Below are positions 36,453 to 49,848 of a DNA stretch of 64,000 nucleotides, piece by piece (position 1 is the stretch's first letter; each line of letters starts with the position of its first letter). Source of the stretch: Lingula anatina (lineage: Eukaryota > Animalia > Brachiopoda); the NCBI GenBank assembly GCA_051362555.1, contig CM120640.1:25220225-25284224 (forward strand), read 5' to 3'. The notes under the pieces were generated by a model. The model had not been told where the DNA came from, made no database searches, and was given only the letters and a program-made list of their open reading frames with translations. The position numbers and the translations under genes are program-made.

Positions 36453-38247
36453 AAATGTAACTCAAAGATCTGCGTGAATAGAAAATTTGGGTAGGGGAAG
36501 GGGGGCTAGCGCAAATACCAATAGGCTATTTATTGTTGCAAAGATTTCAAACAAACCAGAAATCAACACATTTTTATTTCAAGTGAGGTCTTGTAGAAAA
36601 AAGAATTTGGTCCAAACAAGCAAATTACTTTAAACGTACCATTTGAAAAAGTTATGATAATGGATGTTCTATTTCAGAAAAAGGACTATAGGCCTAATGT
36701 TTAGACTGACATAGGCCTAGGGGCTGCATTCAACACCAAGACGTCACTACACAACAGAACAAATGTCCATATACCTTGATAAGTCTTATCCTTTCGTGTT
36801 TACTTATTTTAAATTATTTTCTGTAATTGCGCAGTGAACATCTCGAGGATAGTGCTAAGTGTCCTGCCAAGTCAAGAACCATGTATGTGGATTAGCAGTT
36901 AGAAAAGGGAAATATGACAGTTTACTTCGGTGTTAATTTAGTTTCCAGTCAGAAAAAAAGCCTGAAGGCAGGGTCTTGTTATGTCCAACTTATGTAAAGG
37001 AAATAAGGAAAATAAAAATGTTCTTTTGACTGTTCTTGCTATTTCACATTATCAAAAAAGAATATTATAATTAACTGACTCCTATTTATCATTTTCTATT
37101 GATTACAGTATACAGGTATAATAATATGAAAAATCATTGGTTACCACAGATATGATAAGAGAAATTTGAGGAACTAACACTAGTAAAAATAAGTTTTTTT
37201 TAGTCCGAAAGTATTTTAAAAAAAGGACAGAGCGTTGTTCCAAAGTTATAGATATTTTTTCTGTACTCCCATAATTCATAATTTTAAGCGAAGTAGGGCC
37301 TATGCTCCGAAAATTGATAAGCCCAAACCGTAAGTGGTCCAAAGGTCTATGGGACCATTCCCATTACACAAAAAGCCCTAAATGATAACGTATGTTCCGG
37401 AAACGTATGGTAACGTATGTTCCGGGTAACTTAATTTCAATTTTAATTTTAAAATTTTGTAATAATTCAGTCATGGTAAATTATACATGACGTACGGATA
37501 TTTTTATAAATATTTAAACTGTAACTCAAGGGGTTTTGCGTCATGGCTAATACTAGGTAACGTATGTTCCCCAGAAAATTTGTCAGAACGTTTCATTTTG
37601 TTCAAGTAGCGTACGTGGTGAAATAGAAAACAGTGTTTTTTGTTGCTAACCGAAAAATATATTGTGATTCCATAATAGTTTGACATTTTTGATATAATAT
37701 TTGGATCACGAGGGGATAAATAATTTATTTAATTCTTATTTTACTGTAGGATGTATTTTCAGTATTTACAGTAGGATGTATTTGCCCCCTTTTTTTAATA
37801 TTCAGTGACAAGCAAACTAAAGTCCCAAACAATTAACTGCTCTTTACAGAATATTATAATTATTTTTACAACGTTATACTTGTAGATAAATCAAAGAACA
37901 AAACCAGTGATGATTGAATTTTCAAAGTGAGTGAAACGTTTCACAGCTGGACGTTTTGCATTTGTGACAACGTAGGCCTATGTTTTTTTTACTAGCTAGA
38001 CGATGATTTATTATTATTATTATTCTTGGTTCCAGGAGAGTGAAACTTTGATGCAAACTTCTTCATGTGAGACCATAAAATAATCAAACATAGTTTGCAA
38101 TCTGTGCACTAAATATTTTTAAGAGCATACCTGTGACCTCAATTGCACCTGTATAGGCCTATTGGGTTTGGGTGAAAAGCCTCTAGAGACCTACTGAAAC
38201 TTCGAAATTAATAATATGCTTTAGAAGAGGAATACCGCTACGCATCC

Positions 38248-38606
38248 TTAAAGGGATAATAACTCTTCGTATGAGGTCTATATTTCACAATAAAAACATT
38301 GTGAATAACTCATAGAAATATAGGCCTAATAGGGGCCTATATTCTGTTTTATGGCAAAAACAGCAGTTATAGCTATTATTCTGATATCTGAGCTTGTCTT
38401 CAGACCACGTGACCTCCATTGATTGCTATACTCTGTTATAATCTCTTAAGAGATTTTAACAAAAAACCAAACTTTTTAGAAAAAAACCAGGGACTAACTT
38501 TGAATGTAAAAATGGATTCATTAACCATTGGTAAGTATGGGAAAATTGTTGTTTACTCTAGGGAAATTCATTTTTTGGCAAAAATGAAGAGTTATTATCC
38601 CTTTAA
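38248..38606. mobile_element. Kolobok-type MITE, copy 2 (just upstream of the SIAH promoter)
   Basis: Perfect TIRs AGGGATAATAACTCTTC / GAAGAGTTATTATCCCT flanked by TTAA. Inverted homolog of 298-642. Confidence 0.9.
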
Positions 38607-38779
38607 AGTTATGCAAAGAAAATGGTAACAATTGAAATTCAAACAAAAAATAAAGAAATTCAGGTGTGAATATCAACGCAAATTTTAAAGTACAAACACG
38701 CCTCGTGAAATATACATTTCAATCTCCAGAGAATCTCGGGTGATTCCGTCAAATATGGGAATCTGGTTTCCGATTTCTC

Positions 38780-38871
38780 CCGAATGACTTTACGTCATCT
38801 TTTTTTGTGCATTGATGACGTAGTACACACAGGACGACATTTTGTCAGAAAGAAAGAACTTGTCGAGAGAG
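38780..38871 (+). promoter_or_regulatory. SIAH promoter / non-coding first exon
   Basis: CRE-like TTACGTCA (~38790) and TGACGTAG (~38816), followed by donor GAGAG|GTAGGT at 38871. Acceptor TTCAG at 39867 upstream of the ATG. Confidence 0.5.
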
Positions 38872-39901
38872 GTAGGTCGCTATATTTACTTAAATTGAAT
38901 TTATAGTAGAATAAAAGTATTTATGCTGTTGTCATATGAGTTAGGGATATTCAGTCTTATTACAGAGTGGATAAAACTGTCCACATTACGAAAAGATTTG
39001 TTGTGTTTCACAGTAAAGTGCTTGATCTTTCTTTCGATCGATGATTATCATCTTTCTCCATCTCGGACTGTGTATGACTGACCTGTGATGTTGAAACCTA
39101 CTCATCAGTTAATAACCGTAAAACGGCGTTGACAAAAGACCAAATTTCAGTGTTTAGTCATCTTTGAAGACCTAGTGTATTTTGTTCTGAGAAGTGAATA
39201 AAACTCAAGATGGTTAATAACACATTTATTACGACTGCCAATGTGCCATCTGTAGTGAATAGTACTACATCAGCACTCGGGCATGTGCCAATAATGATGG
39301 GTGGTATGCACAAGACAAAATTTTGACTGTTGACTTTCTTTTGTTTTGTGTGTTTGCAATGTAGAAATTGTATGATGACAGTGAAAGATGTTCTGCACTG
39401 TACTCAATGTCAGTCTATTAATAACCCAGGTAAAACAAACAAACACAAGGGAACATTAGTTTGTGAGTTCATTTGGGGACACAGAGACTTGCTATTCTAT
39501 GACTTGTTCAAAATTAAAATAACAAAAGCAGGCGCTGTAAATGAGCACAAGTTTGAACAATCGACAGAAGAGTCACGAAAGGATAGAATTAGAGTTTTAC
39601 AAAACATCTGTCCTTACATGGCATATACTTGACTAAATAGTGATATAAAGAATGCAAACTGTATACGATTGCTAAAAAGTTACCAAAGCAAAACTAAGAG
39701 GCAGTTTCTTGGGCAAACATGTAGGTGCATTTAACATTGTGAAAACTTTTCCTTCAAAGACGTAATGGGCACAGGTATTTATTTAAACCTGAAAGTGTTA
39801 AAGTGCCTTTGTTGTGAAAAAAAAAACCTGTTAAATTTTTCACAAACTTTTTATAATCCAACTTCAGGTTTAGTGACCGTTTACGAGCCATTGAGAGGAG
39901 G

Positions 39902-42116
39902 ATGAATCGCCAGTCCTCCACTAATGGCACCAAGCCGGTCAGTCGCCACCCTGCCACTGCCACAGGAGGATCCACAGCTGGTGAGTGCAACAATTATTAT
40001 TATTATTATTAACATTTAGGATGAGAAACATGCTGATATTATGTCACAGTGTTTCTTCTTTGAGACAAATTACAGAGAACATTTTTGTTGGTAGCTTAAG
40101 TGTACAATCATTGAAATATATAAATGGCATGTTCAAACAAAAATACTGCAAACTGAAAATAAATTTGACTGAATCCCATTCAAAATAAAAATGATTTTTC
40201 TAGTGTTGTTTGAAGTAACCTGGAAACTTGACATTAATGTTGACACAATCGAATATACAAGTATAGTATATAAATACAAGTTTGATAAATGACGTCAGTC
40301 TTGAGACACCTCAGAAAAGTATTTCATAATTCCAGACCTCCTTCCTGTGACAGGGAGCAGTAACAATGATCTAGCTGGACTGTTTGAGTGTCCAGTCTGC
40401 TTTGACTATGCTCTCCCACCCATTATGCAGTGTCAGAGTGGACATATTGTTTGTTCAAGCTGTAGACCCAAGCTTTCATGCTGCCCAACCTGTAGAGGAC
40501 CCCTTGGTAAGTGCACTAGGCCCTATTATTGATTATGTATGGAAGTAAGACGAGTTTTAATATAAATATCATCAATATGCATATTTTGACTTTTCCAGAA
40601 TGAAACATTCACCACATGAAGGTCTATTGCTCTAAATGTATTAACTTGCTTTTGTCCCATCTGATATATCAGGTAACATTAGGAATCTGGCAATGGAAAA
40701 AGTTGCAATGACAGTGATGTTCCCTTGCAAATATATGTCAAATGGATGTGCTGTCAACCTGCTGCACACAGAGAAAACGGAGCACGAAGAAACATGTGAA
40801 TTCAGGTAATTTATAAATTGGTAACTTCTTGAGAAGTTTGTTATTTATAGAATTCATTCTTCTCTGCTTTGTCAGAGCTACATTTGTGTTATATATTTTT
40901 TTGAAATGATAGGAAAAAAAGCTACCAATTTGAATGTATAAATTAAAAATTGTGCTCTATTTGTTTTCAGACAAGAGCTTTTTATGCGGAAAAGTGGAAT
41001 TCCACCTTTTTTTATTCAATTCTGATGGTTTCTGAGGTTTGTCAAGGCTTGGAAAGAAGTAAGGTCAGCTTTATTGATGTACTGATTGAATCTTTTGTTT
41101 TAGGCCTTATTGTTGCCCATGCCCAGGTGCTTCATGTAAGTGGCAAGGCTCGCTGGACCAAGTCATGCCTCATCTAATGCAGCATCACAAGAGCATTACT
41201 ACACTGCAAGGTACTGTGTTTGTGTTTTAGAGTGTCTGCTTAGGTCCAGTTGTTTTTGATATGTGTGCATATACTTGAGAGATTGGTACTGAATTCCACA
41301 TAACTGTAGAGTGCAGAATTAGCAATGCATAATCCTTAACATGACCATAGATTTATTATCTTTAATATCACATGAAAAAAAACATTTTAAGTCTTAAAAT
41401 GGAATGAGCTGATTCGAAATTTTGGAGTTAGTATCTGGCTGTTAATTGTTGTTTTGCAATGTTTGTATCTCAGTCATGCTGCATCCTTTTCAGCATATAG
41501 CACTGTCGGATAATATAAAAAAAATTATTCGTATCAAGAAATGATTTCCCAGCTAAATGCGTTTTCTTTTAATTTATCAGGTGAAGACATAGTCTTTCTG
41601 GCCACAGATATAAACCTCCCAGGTGCTGTGGACTGGGTTATGATGCAGTCCTGCTTTGGTTACAATTTTATGCTAGTTTTGGAAAAACAGGAAAAGATGG
41701 ATGGCCATCAACAGTTTTATGCTATAGTACAGCTGATTGGGACACGAAAACAAGCAGAAAGTTTCATTTACAAGTAAGTGTCTTGCAGTATGCAAAAAGA
41801 ACATTGCACGTCAGCTGAAAAACATGCTTCTCTTTTATTTCCAAAATACTGTTTACTGTACAAAATAATTTTAAGTTGAATATTGAGTGACACAAATGAC
41901 CGTCCAGATTTTATGGTCTCTTATTCTTGTTTTATCAGATTGGAGTTAAACGGACACAGACGTAGGCTGACCTGGGAAGCCACACCGCGGAGTATTCACG
42001 ACGGAGTACAGTCCGCCATCTCAAGTAGTGACTGTTTAGTCTTTGACACCAATATTGCTAGACTGTTTGCCGAGGGCGGGAACTTAGGCATAAATGTCAC
42101 CATCTCCATGTGCTGA
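39902..42116 (+). CDS. SIAH1: E3 ubiquitin-protein ligase SIAH/seven in absentia, ~286 aa, 6 coding exons
   Basis: Exons 39902-39980, 40336-40506, 40673-40805, 41104-41210, 41581-41773, 41939-42116. Contains [70 protein letters not shown] and [12 protein letters not shown]. Confidence 0.98.
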
Positions 42117-42624
42117 AGACAAAACCATGCACACGTATAAACACCTAGAGATGAGGTAGTAACGTGAGGCGTATACATGCGATTGGTGTACACGGCTTCT
42201 GTGAACAAATTCCTTCAGTTATCTTGAACACTCCTGTTTGTAATAAATTGTGTTAAAAAAGACCTCTTGCTGTCTGTACTTCCTCATTTATTGTTTGATG
42301 TATTTTGTAACTGTGTTGTTTATTTTATTTGTTTGTCATTGTTTAGCACTTATGTATGTTATTTTGCGTGTAGTTAATGTAACGTGAATAGCATTTTCTA
42401 CGGGTGGAATCGTTGGTTATACCATGCGTAGCGGTTCAGTAGGCTTCTGACATCGTTAAACCATAGTGGAGTCTAGTTAACAGTTGATTCGGTTAACAGT
42501 TGCTTTAGTTAACAGTTACGGACAAGCTGGTATTATTCAGAACAGCAAATTTAATAGTAGGCCTACACCTTAAAGTCTAGTACATTATACTACTAAAATG
42601 CGATTTGCGTCTTTCTTCCCATTA

Positions 42625-42916
42625 GTATACTAAATAAACCCCCATCATGGAAATCGGCCAGGTAGCACAAACGCGTAAATTGGTAACGTCAGTAAGCGTT
42701 TACTACAGTGTTGTTGTATGGAAAAAGGCAAAACTCCTTTTAAAACGTTAAAAGGTCCCGGATTTTAGTGGGATCTGTATTCACTTATTCCCTCACGAAC
42801 AAGTGCCTATCATGAAAACTTCGTCAAAATTTGCGAAGAACTTTTCTAGGTATCTCTAAAACCAGCGGACAAACCAACGGCGGTGAAAACAAGCGCTTTT
42901 ATTGGCAGAGATAATT
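42625..42916 (-). mobile_element. Degenerate HINE-like remnant in SIAH 3' region
   Basis: Ends GGACAAACCAACGGCGGTGAAAAC..TTGGCAGAGATAATTA, the reverse complement of a TAATTATCTCTGCCAA-type subTIR plus a microsatellite-like segment. Confidence 0.35.
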
Positions 42917-43297
42917 ATGTCCCGCATGTTTAGGTATCAATCGCAGCTAGTACGAACCCGTTTCAGTAACACTCACATTTGTGCGTTGTCTGACTTCTTG
43001 ATGTAGAAATATTTAATCATGTAATGTGTCGTCTAAAACCTTCACAGTTGTGCTAAAGGCAGCTAGATTTTATACGGATCTCGCATAGGCTACTTTTTTG
43101 ACACAAGGTTGGGCCACATTGTGAGTATCGAAAAATATATTGTAATTTAAATAATTATAAGGAGCATAAAATCAGAAATCACTTGTTTGTTGGTTAAAAT
43201 ACTTGGGCTGTCGTGCAGTACAATTGCTGCACGCAGGAGAGGTGAAGTTATCGTGTATGGGTGTTAAAGTTTCTGTTTGTCTGTGACTGTAAAATTA

Positions 43298-43299
<2 letters not shown>

Positions 43300-43339
<40 letters not shown>
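43300..43339. repeat. (GT)n microsatellite
   Basis: About 19 perfect GT units. Confidence 0.95.
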
Positions 43340-43340
<1 letters not shown>

Positions 43341-44736
43341 TTATACGTGTCGCTGATCAGTAAGATATTAATGTCGACAATAGACGGCACACTTGTTACA
43401 ATCAGGGTGATGGCAGTACACACCCACCCTTCACCATCTTTTGCCATCCCAGTATCAAAGTCGGGTCAAGTGTCTTCCACTTCAATTTATAGAAATGGTA
43501 GATCAACCTAGTTAAAGTTTCTGATTTTGTAATGAAAAGCATTAAGAGAAAAACGACAAACTGGACCTGAAGATGGAGGGACATATTATAAAACGATTTC
43601 AGTTTGATTTTTATCGTTAAAGAGTTGTATGTAGGAGTGACGTTTTGTCAGTAAAACTTGTAACATTTATTTGGTTGGCTTCATGTTTGACTACTTCGTA
43701 GTCTTTTAAGAATATGGAATCGATTTTGATTAAATAATTAGGTGAATGATATTCTTCTGACCCAATACATCATATGCAATTTATGCATTACAAATTATTT
43801 TAGTCTCAAGAACGGTGTAAAGCTGTTTTCTTACGAGAATTGCTTGTTTTTATTATGGAAAATATGGTACTATGTACTTTTAGGTTTGTATTTAGATATA
43901 TTTTCTGTAATTATTGTCGATATCTATGTTACTCACAATCTATGTCACTGTAAAATATACTAAAAGTCTAATTGCTTGTAAAACCATTCAGACAAAAAAA
44001 GCATCTCTATCACAGTAAGAGGGTTTTCACTGATTGTGCTAGAGATACTTGACACAGCCAGCCAAATCTTTCGCACAGAGTTCAGTGAAGTTAATTATTG
44101 ACTGATAAGTCTCCCGTTCGTGCACCATTGCAGCAGTCTGACCTACTATTGTATCACGGAAAATCTGAACTGATTAACTTGTGAATGGGGGGCGGTAACA
44201 AGTATTAAACATTAAAAACACCAGTTTTATGACTGGCTACTAGTCATCCTCTCAATGATCTAACGAATTAGAGATTTAATGCTGACTGCATTCGACAAGA
44301 TCGGAGGTAGGTCTTAGGCAAGTGCAAGTAGTAGTAATATCAAAGCGGCTTACATTTGTGTTTTACTGTCGACTCTGTTCGTCAAGTCGGTCAATCACGG
44401 CTAGCAAAGCGGAATGCGTGGCCCTAGTGTAGCACCAATTCCAAAAGTGGTGCGGTGCACTGGCATCTCAATTCACAATGACATCATTTGAGAACTGTAA
44501 ATTGCAAGCAGATCCGTATTGTTCCTGATGTACACCAACTATCTATGTTATATCAATAACTCTTTTGAATAAAGTTCACTAGCACGAACCTACACTAACT
44601 GACTGAATGTTCTTACCCACGAGGAACTGCTCAAAGTCTAAAACAAAGTATAAACCAGTGTCTCATAGTAAATGTGCACTTCGCGTTCCAGTCTAGTGCC
44701 AAGGTAAACCCTGCAGCGTTGGTCTGAGGTAGGGCA

Positions 44737-45859
44737 ATGGAATCACCCCGGGCGTCAGTGAGTGATATTCCACTGACAGACGTGCCTTCCTCTGACTCTC
44801 AGGTATAGTCACTCACCCTCACTCATATTACATACTTTTGTCTTGCAAAAAAACTGCGTTTGCCATGATGGCACCCGTATGTTGTTTGTATGTGCAGTAT
44901 CACTATTACTGAATGTGTATATTTATATTTTCATATCAATCAGCGAGTTATAAATCTGTTTATGTAATGCAAAGTTCCTCAAACGAAAATTTTACAAAAC
45001 CTCAATGGACTTCCTATATTAAGAAAATGATACATCAAACAGTTATGCATCTATAACTAAACTGTCCCTCATCTCAACATTTACCATGATGGTCGCAAGC
45101 TTAACTTTTTGTAATAGTTATATAATTTATTTATATCTTATAAAGAGATATGAATTTCAGATTAGTTTTTCTTTACACATAGGATCACATGGTCACAAAA
45201 ACGCCACCCATGCATATATTTTCTTCTTTTCTTTTTCAAGCATGTCGCCAGCGTATTTGGCGCGAGCACAAACCAGGCTTTCTGGGAAGGAGATCCCGAG
45301 GACCACCTCCTGTGTTCCGTAATCACAAGCATTTTTTGCTTTGCTCCAGTAGGATTTGCTGCAATATACTATTCATGGAAGGTAAAAAAAATTTGATCCA
45401 CTGTTTCTTGTTTTTAACGAAGCTAAACATTCCCACATTTATTATTATTTTCTCTTGTAACGAAAACACCAAGCAATTAATGCTACAGCACGATACGTGT
45501 AAACTGTATTTGTCACCATGGTTGCTTAGCAAAAATAAACTCGCTCCTTTACACTGTCAAGGCTCATTCACTGAATAAAGTAGGACGATTTCATTATAGA
45601 ATAAATAATTGTAGAACTGTTAATTGTTAAAGGTAAAACTGTTCTGTTTTCTTTCTTTCTGTTTTCATGTAAGGTGCGAGATGCTGTTTGCAATGGAGAT
45701 CCACATACCGCCAGTAAAAGTTCAAGAACTGCACGACTCCTGAATAATATTAGCCTGGTAGTCGGCATATTCCAGTGGGTGATAGTGCTGCTTATGCTAG
45801 TGTTTTACCTTAGTGGTTATTTAGACTATATCATAAGTGGGTTAGCAAATGGAACATAG
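44737..45859 (+). CDS. CD225/dispanin family (PRRT/TMEM233/IFITM-like) membrane protein, ~130 aa
   Basis: Phase-0 exons 44737-44802, 45241-45381 and 45674-45859 give PEDHLLCSVITSIFCFAPVGFAAIYYSWK|VRDAVCNGDPHTASKSSRTARLLNNISLVVGIFQWVIVLLMLVF, which fits the CD225 pattern. The start exon is less certain. Confidence 0.88.
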
Positions 45860-46917
45860 CTATTGTTATATAGACCTCTTGGCTGGCTGAATAAAAGCTA
45901 ACACACAACCCAAAGATATCGGAGTGAAAACAGAAATTCAAGTACGCCATTTACAAAAGTGTTGTAGATTGTATTATGGATAGCACTATATTAAAGAAGA
46001 TTCAATGTGTGGTTGAATTTATTCAATTCATTGTTATAAACGAAACCGTACCAAGAACCAAGTTTTTCAAGGTTTTCAAATCCAGTGCTTCTGATGAATG
46101 TACCTCGACAGACATGAATGAAGAACAGTACCTAATGAGCAGATTAATTTGAAAGATTTGACGAATATTAATTCATCGTTTTATGTTATTTTTCGGTTGT
46201 TTCATATCCATTCGTCCCTTTTTGTGATATTCTTTCTTTTTTGTTTCTTTTTATCAAAGCATTTCTATGTAAAAGCATGTAATTCATATTTTACTTTAGT
46301 GATAACAGAATCCTGCCAGCAGAAAAAACTAAAAGGTAATTTGTAAGGGTTTGTCTTGATAAACGGCTAATCCTTGACGGCTGCTTATATTAACGCCTGT
46401 CTGAAATCTTGTCTGGGAAATAGATGAAACATATGAACTTCATTATTCACGAAGTAGATAAATATGTAGAAATTTAATTTGAAATGGTGATTTATTTCCG
46501 AATAATAACGTAAGATCTTAAGATGCATAATCTATAACCGATAGTTGAACTTAACGATGAAAATGTGTTTATAAAGTAGGGTGACAATGTTAAACATTTT
46601 GCGGCAAAGCACAGTGTCCAAGATTCAGTTCAAGTTCTTTTCTTTTTTCTTTACTTTCCTTTTTTCGCTCATTACCTTTTGTTGGTTTATTTTTTCAAGT
46701 AATTTGTATTATCTTTATAACAATTATTGAGTTGCTTATTCACCATGAGAAATGTGATACTAATGTTGAGAAATATCTTTCCCAAGGTGATAACATTTTT
46801 TAATACATAAAAGTGCCCAAAGCGCACTTGAATATCCTCTACCTTTATTCTACTGTTATTTGAGCTAGCATTCGTAACACCTGGCACAAGATCTTTATTT
46901 TAAGATTAAAATAGCAT

Positions 46918-46968
<51 letters not shown>

Positions 46969-47006
46969 TCATTCTACATGTAGTTGTCCTATACATGCAA
47001 TTTATT

Positions 47007-47041
<35 letters not shown>

Positions 47042-47739
47042 TTTTTTATTTATTTTATTTTTATTTATTTTGCTCTTCCGTCAGACAAAGGTTTGTATGA
47101 AAATACCCTTTGAAATGGTACATTCGATATTTTTCTGTCTAAGACTCCGAAAATATTTTTCAGTCACTTGTGTAAAGGCAAAGTGGTCTTATTATATTTT
47201 ATAAAGATAAATTTAAGGCCAGCAATACTTTTATTCATTCATTCACCCACTCAAAACATCTGTGACCTGAATTGGTCTTCACAAACACCATCCAAACAAC
47301 TGAACGTCTTAACCATCTGTCAAAATAATTAGTCTCATTTTGTAATCTCGAATTTCGAAGGGATTTTAATTAGTAATGTGATTCACAAGGCGTATTCCGA
47401 TTATGGCAGTAAAATCTGTCTTTTTTCTTTTCCTCTTTTTCTTTTCTTTATTCATTACACTACGATTTATTGATGCCAGAAATAATAATTCTGATTTAGG
47501 CCTACAAGCTAAATAAGTAAGATTTCACATAATTAAGTTAAAAAGAATAGATAGGTGACGCATTTATGCTAGACTTTATCAGCTGTTTACTGCATTTGTC
47601 ATCATATCTAACTTTAAAATTAAACGTAACTTTAAAATAGGCCTAATACTCACAATGTAGACTAACTTTTCAACACTGAATTTGATATCCGGCGCGGTTG
47701 CGATGTCTGACAATGTGTAAAAGTAATAGTCTATAGATC

Positions 47740-47840
47740 TATGACGTAAATTACGTTGACGTTGATGACAAGTTATGTTATCAATTCAACTGTGACGTCA
47801 GTCGTAATAAAACGCTGAACGGTGATAGCAAGATGGCGAC
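47740..47840 (+). promoter_or_regulatory. CRE-rich proximal promoter of the FSIP2-like gene
   Basis: TGACGTAA (~47743), TGACGTTG (~47757), perfect TGACGTCA (47793-47800) and YY1-like CAAGATGGCG (~47829), all within 150 bp of the ATG at 47890. Confidence 0.55.
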
Positions 47841-47889
47841 TTTAAAATGAATTTTACATGCACTGAACAAAACAAATTGAGTCTTTAAA

Positions 47890-49813
47890 ATGGATCGCTT
47901 GACACTGTCGAGAAGACTGAATCCTGATGAACTGGACAGACGGCCTAAGGCAACTTTGCCTCCCAATCCGCTCCCGATTTGGACCACTTTGCCTTTGGAT
48001 GCAAAACTTCCAATGATGCCCGCTCCAAAAGGCGCCGTCAAATTATTTACAACAAAAGTTGGAGAAAAGGTTATGTCATAACTAATTTTTGGCGAGTGTT
48101 TGTTATTATAAAATGCATATGTCTTTGCTGAATGGACATTTTGAACGTGAAGCTGGAGGGTGTCTTTACAGCCATTGTTCTAGCAATCGACTGTGTGACT
48201 AATAAGAATTATCAGTAGGCCTATCTCCTGTTCTTGCTGTTTATCTTGATATAAACTAACGGCTCAGCACGTTCTTTTCATATCTTTCTTTATCTTTAGG
48301 GTAGGGCGTAAGGCATCAAAACTACATTACTGACTTAAAATTGGTATTTTAAAGATTTTTTCCTAAAATAAATTCCAGACCATTCCTTTTTTAATAGATC
48401 CATAAATGTGTAGACTTTGACTTGACCGACCCATACGCCCTGATTATTTCGAACGAGTACAAGGAGCTTCATGACCCTCATCTGAAGCCGTATCTGACTC
48501 AGCCCTACATGCTTCACAGGTAAGAGTTTTCTCCAAAAAAAGAGAATTCACAAGAAATTAAATAATGATACTGTACGTCCAAATCTGTGTCTTTTCCTCT
48601 TTTGTGATTAAAAAATTTAAATATATTTGCCGCATGTCAGATAAAAAAAAATCCAGTCCGATTGTAAATTGGCCTACACCAAATTCAAATGTAGTTAAAT
48701 TTAAAATCTGAGTAGAAAAGGATGAAATTACAATAATACAGCACTGCACTGACGTGGCTACCTCGGTCCATCATTAGAGGCCAGGCACCTTGACGTATTT
48801 AGCATTGAATGCCCCTTTTAGGACACCTAATAATGTCCTTATTACGCAGACACCTAGGGTCTTTAAATGTGCCCTTCAGTGCACCTAATGATGTCCTCAT
48901 TACACAGATACCTTTAGACTTCACAGTTCGTACATGTAGGCGTGATGCCTGCATCTCTATCCATTACTTAGTCTATTCATAATTAAGGAAACTATTTCTT
49001 AGGACACAAGAAGCTATCTTCAACTTGTCCTTACTCTGCAATGGACGTTGTCAAAGCACGCGTCCTCAGAGACCCATCTCTGAATCATGTTATTTTGATA
49101 AAGTGGATTTTAACCCACCACCCCCCCCAACCTACATTTAATTGCATATTTACCTGTTCACGTTCAGGGGAGCCGCTGAAGAAAACTGTCGAAAAAAGTA
49201 GTCTAGGGTTTATATTATTTGAGGTTCTTCGTCGCTCATTAATCCAGTCTTTGATTTTTTTAGATTGTACAAAGAAGGACTTATCACAAAGAGCGGGAAG
49301 GTTCTGTGCAACCTCAAGGAATTTAACGAGTTCAGACAGTATCTGCGCAAAATACACCTCCGGATGTTGGCCAAAGAAAGGAAAGAAAAGGTTTGAGCTG
49401 AATTCAAGACACCCGATACTTTGGCAAAATCTTCAATAAACATATAACCGCAAGTTTAGTTTCTTAAATAAGACATCCTTCGAGATGGTGCTAATCACAA
49501 ATGCCATGTTTGTTGCTCAACATTCTTCAACGAAGTAAAAACAATCACAAACACTGAAGGAACAGATCATTTGACATTTTGCAAACTATTTGTTATGTTG
49601 AAAGAGGTCATATTATACATATACATATATTCAGATATAATAACAACTGTTTTATTCAGGTTGAAGCTAGTCAAAGAGAAGGAAGGGATAAAATGGCTGA
49701 TGGCAGTTCTAATAAAGCGCACATACAGAAATTACAGGCTGTAAGAAAACGCATCGCAGAGAAACAGCGACTGGAAAGGCAAAGGTATCATTCGAAAATG
49801 GGCAATTAACCTT

Positions 49814-49848
<35 letters not shown>

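Noticed and set aside
45189-45578. 129-aa ORF
   Set aside because: Wrong frame. The real exon is the phase-0 CD225 frame at 45241-45381.
48788-48915. Two ~59-bp imperfect direct repeats in FSIP2-like intron
   Set aside because: Only two degenerate copies, with no termini or structure to support a call.
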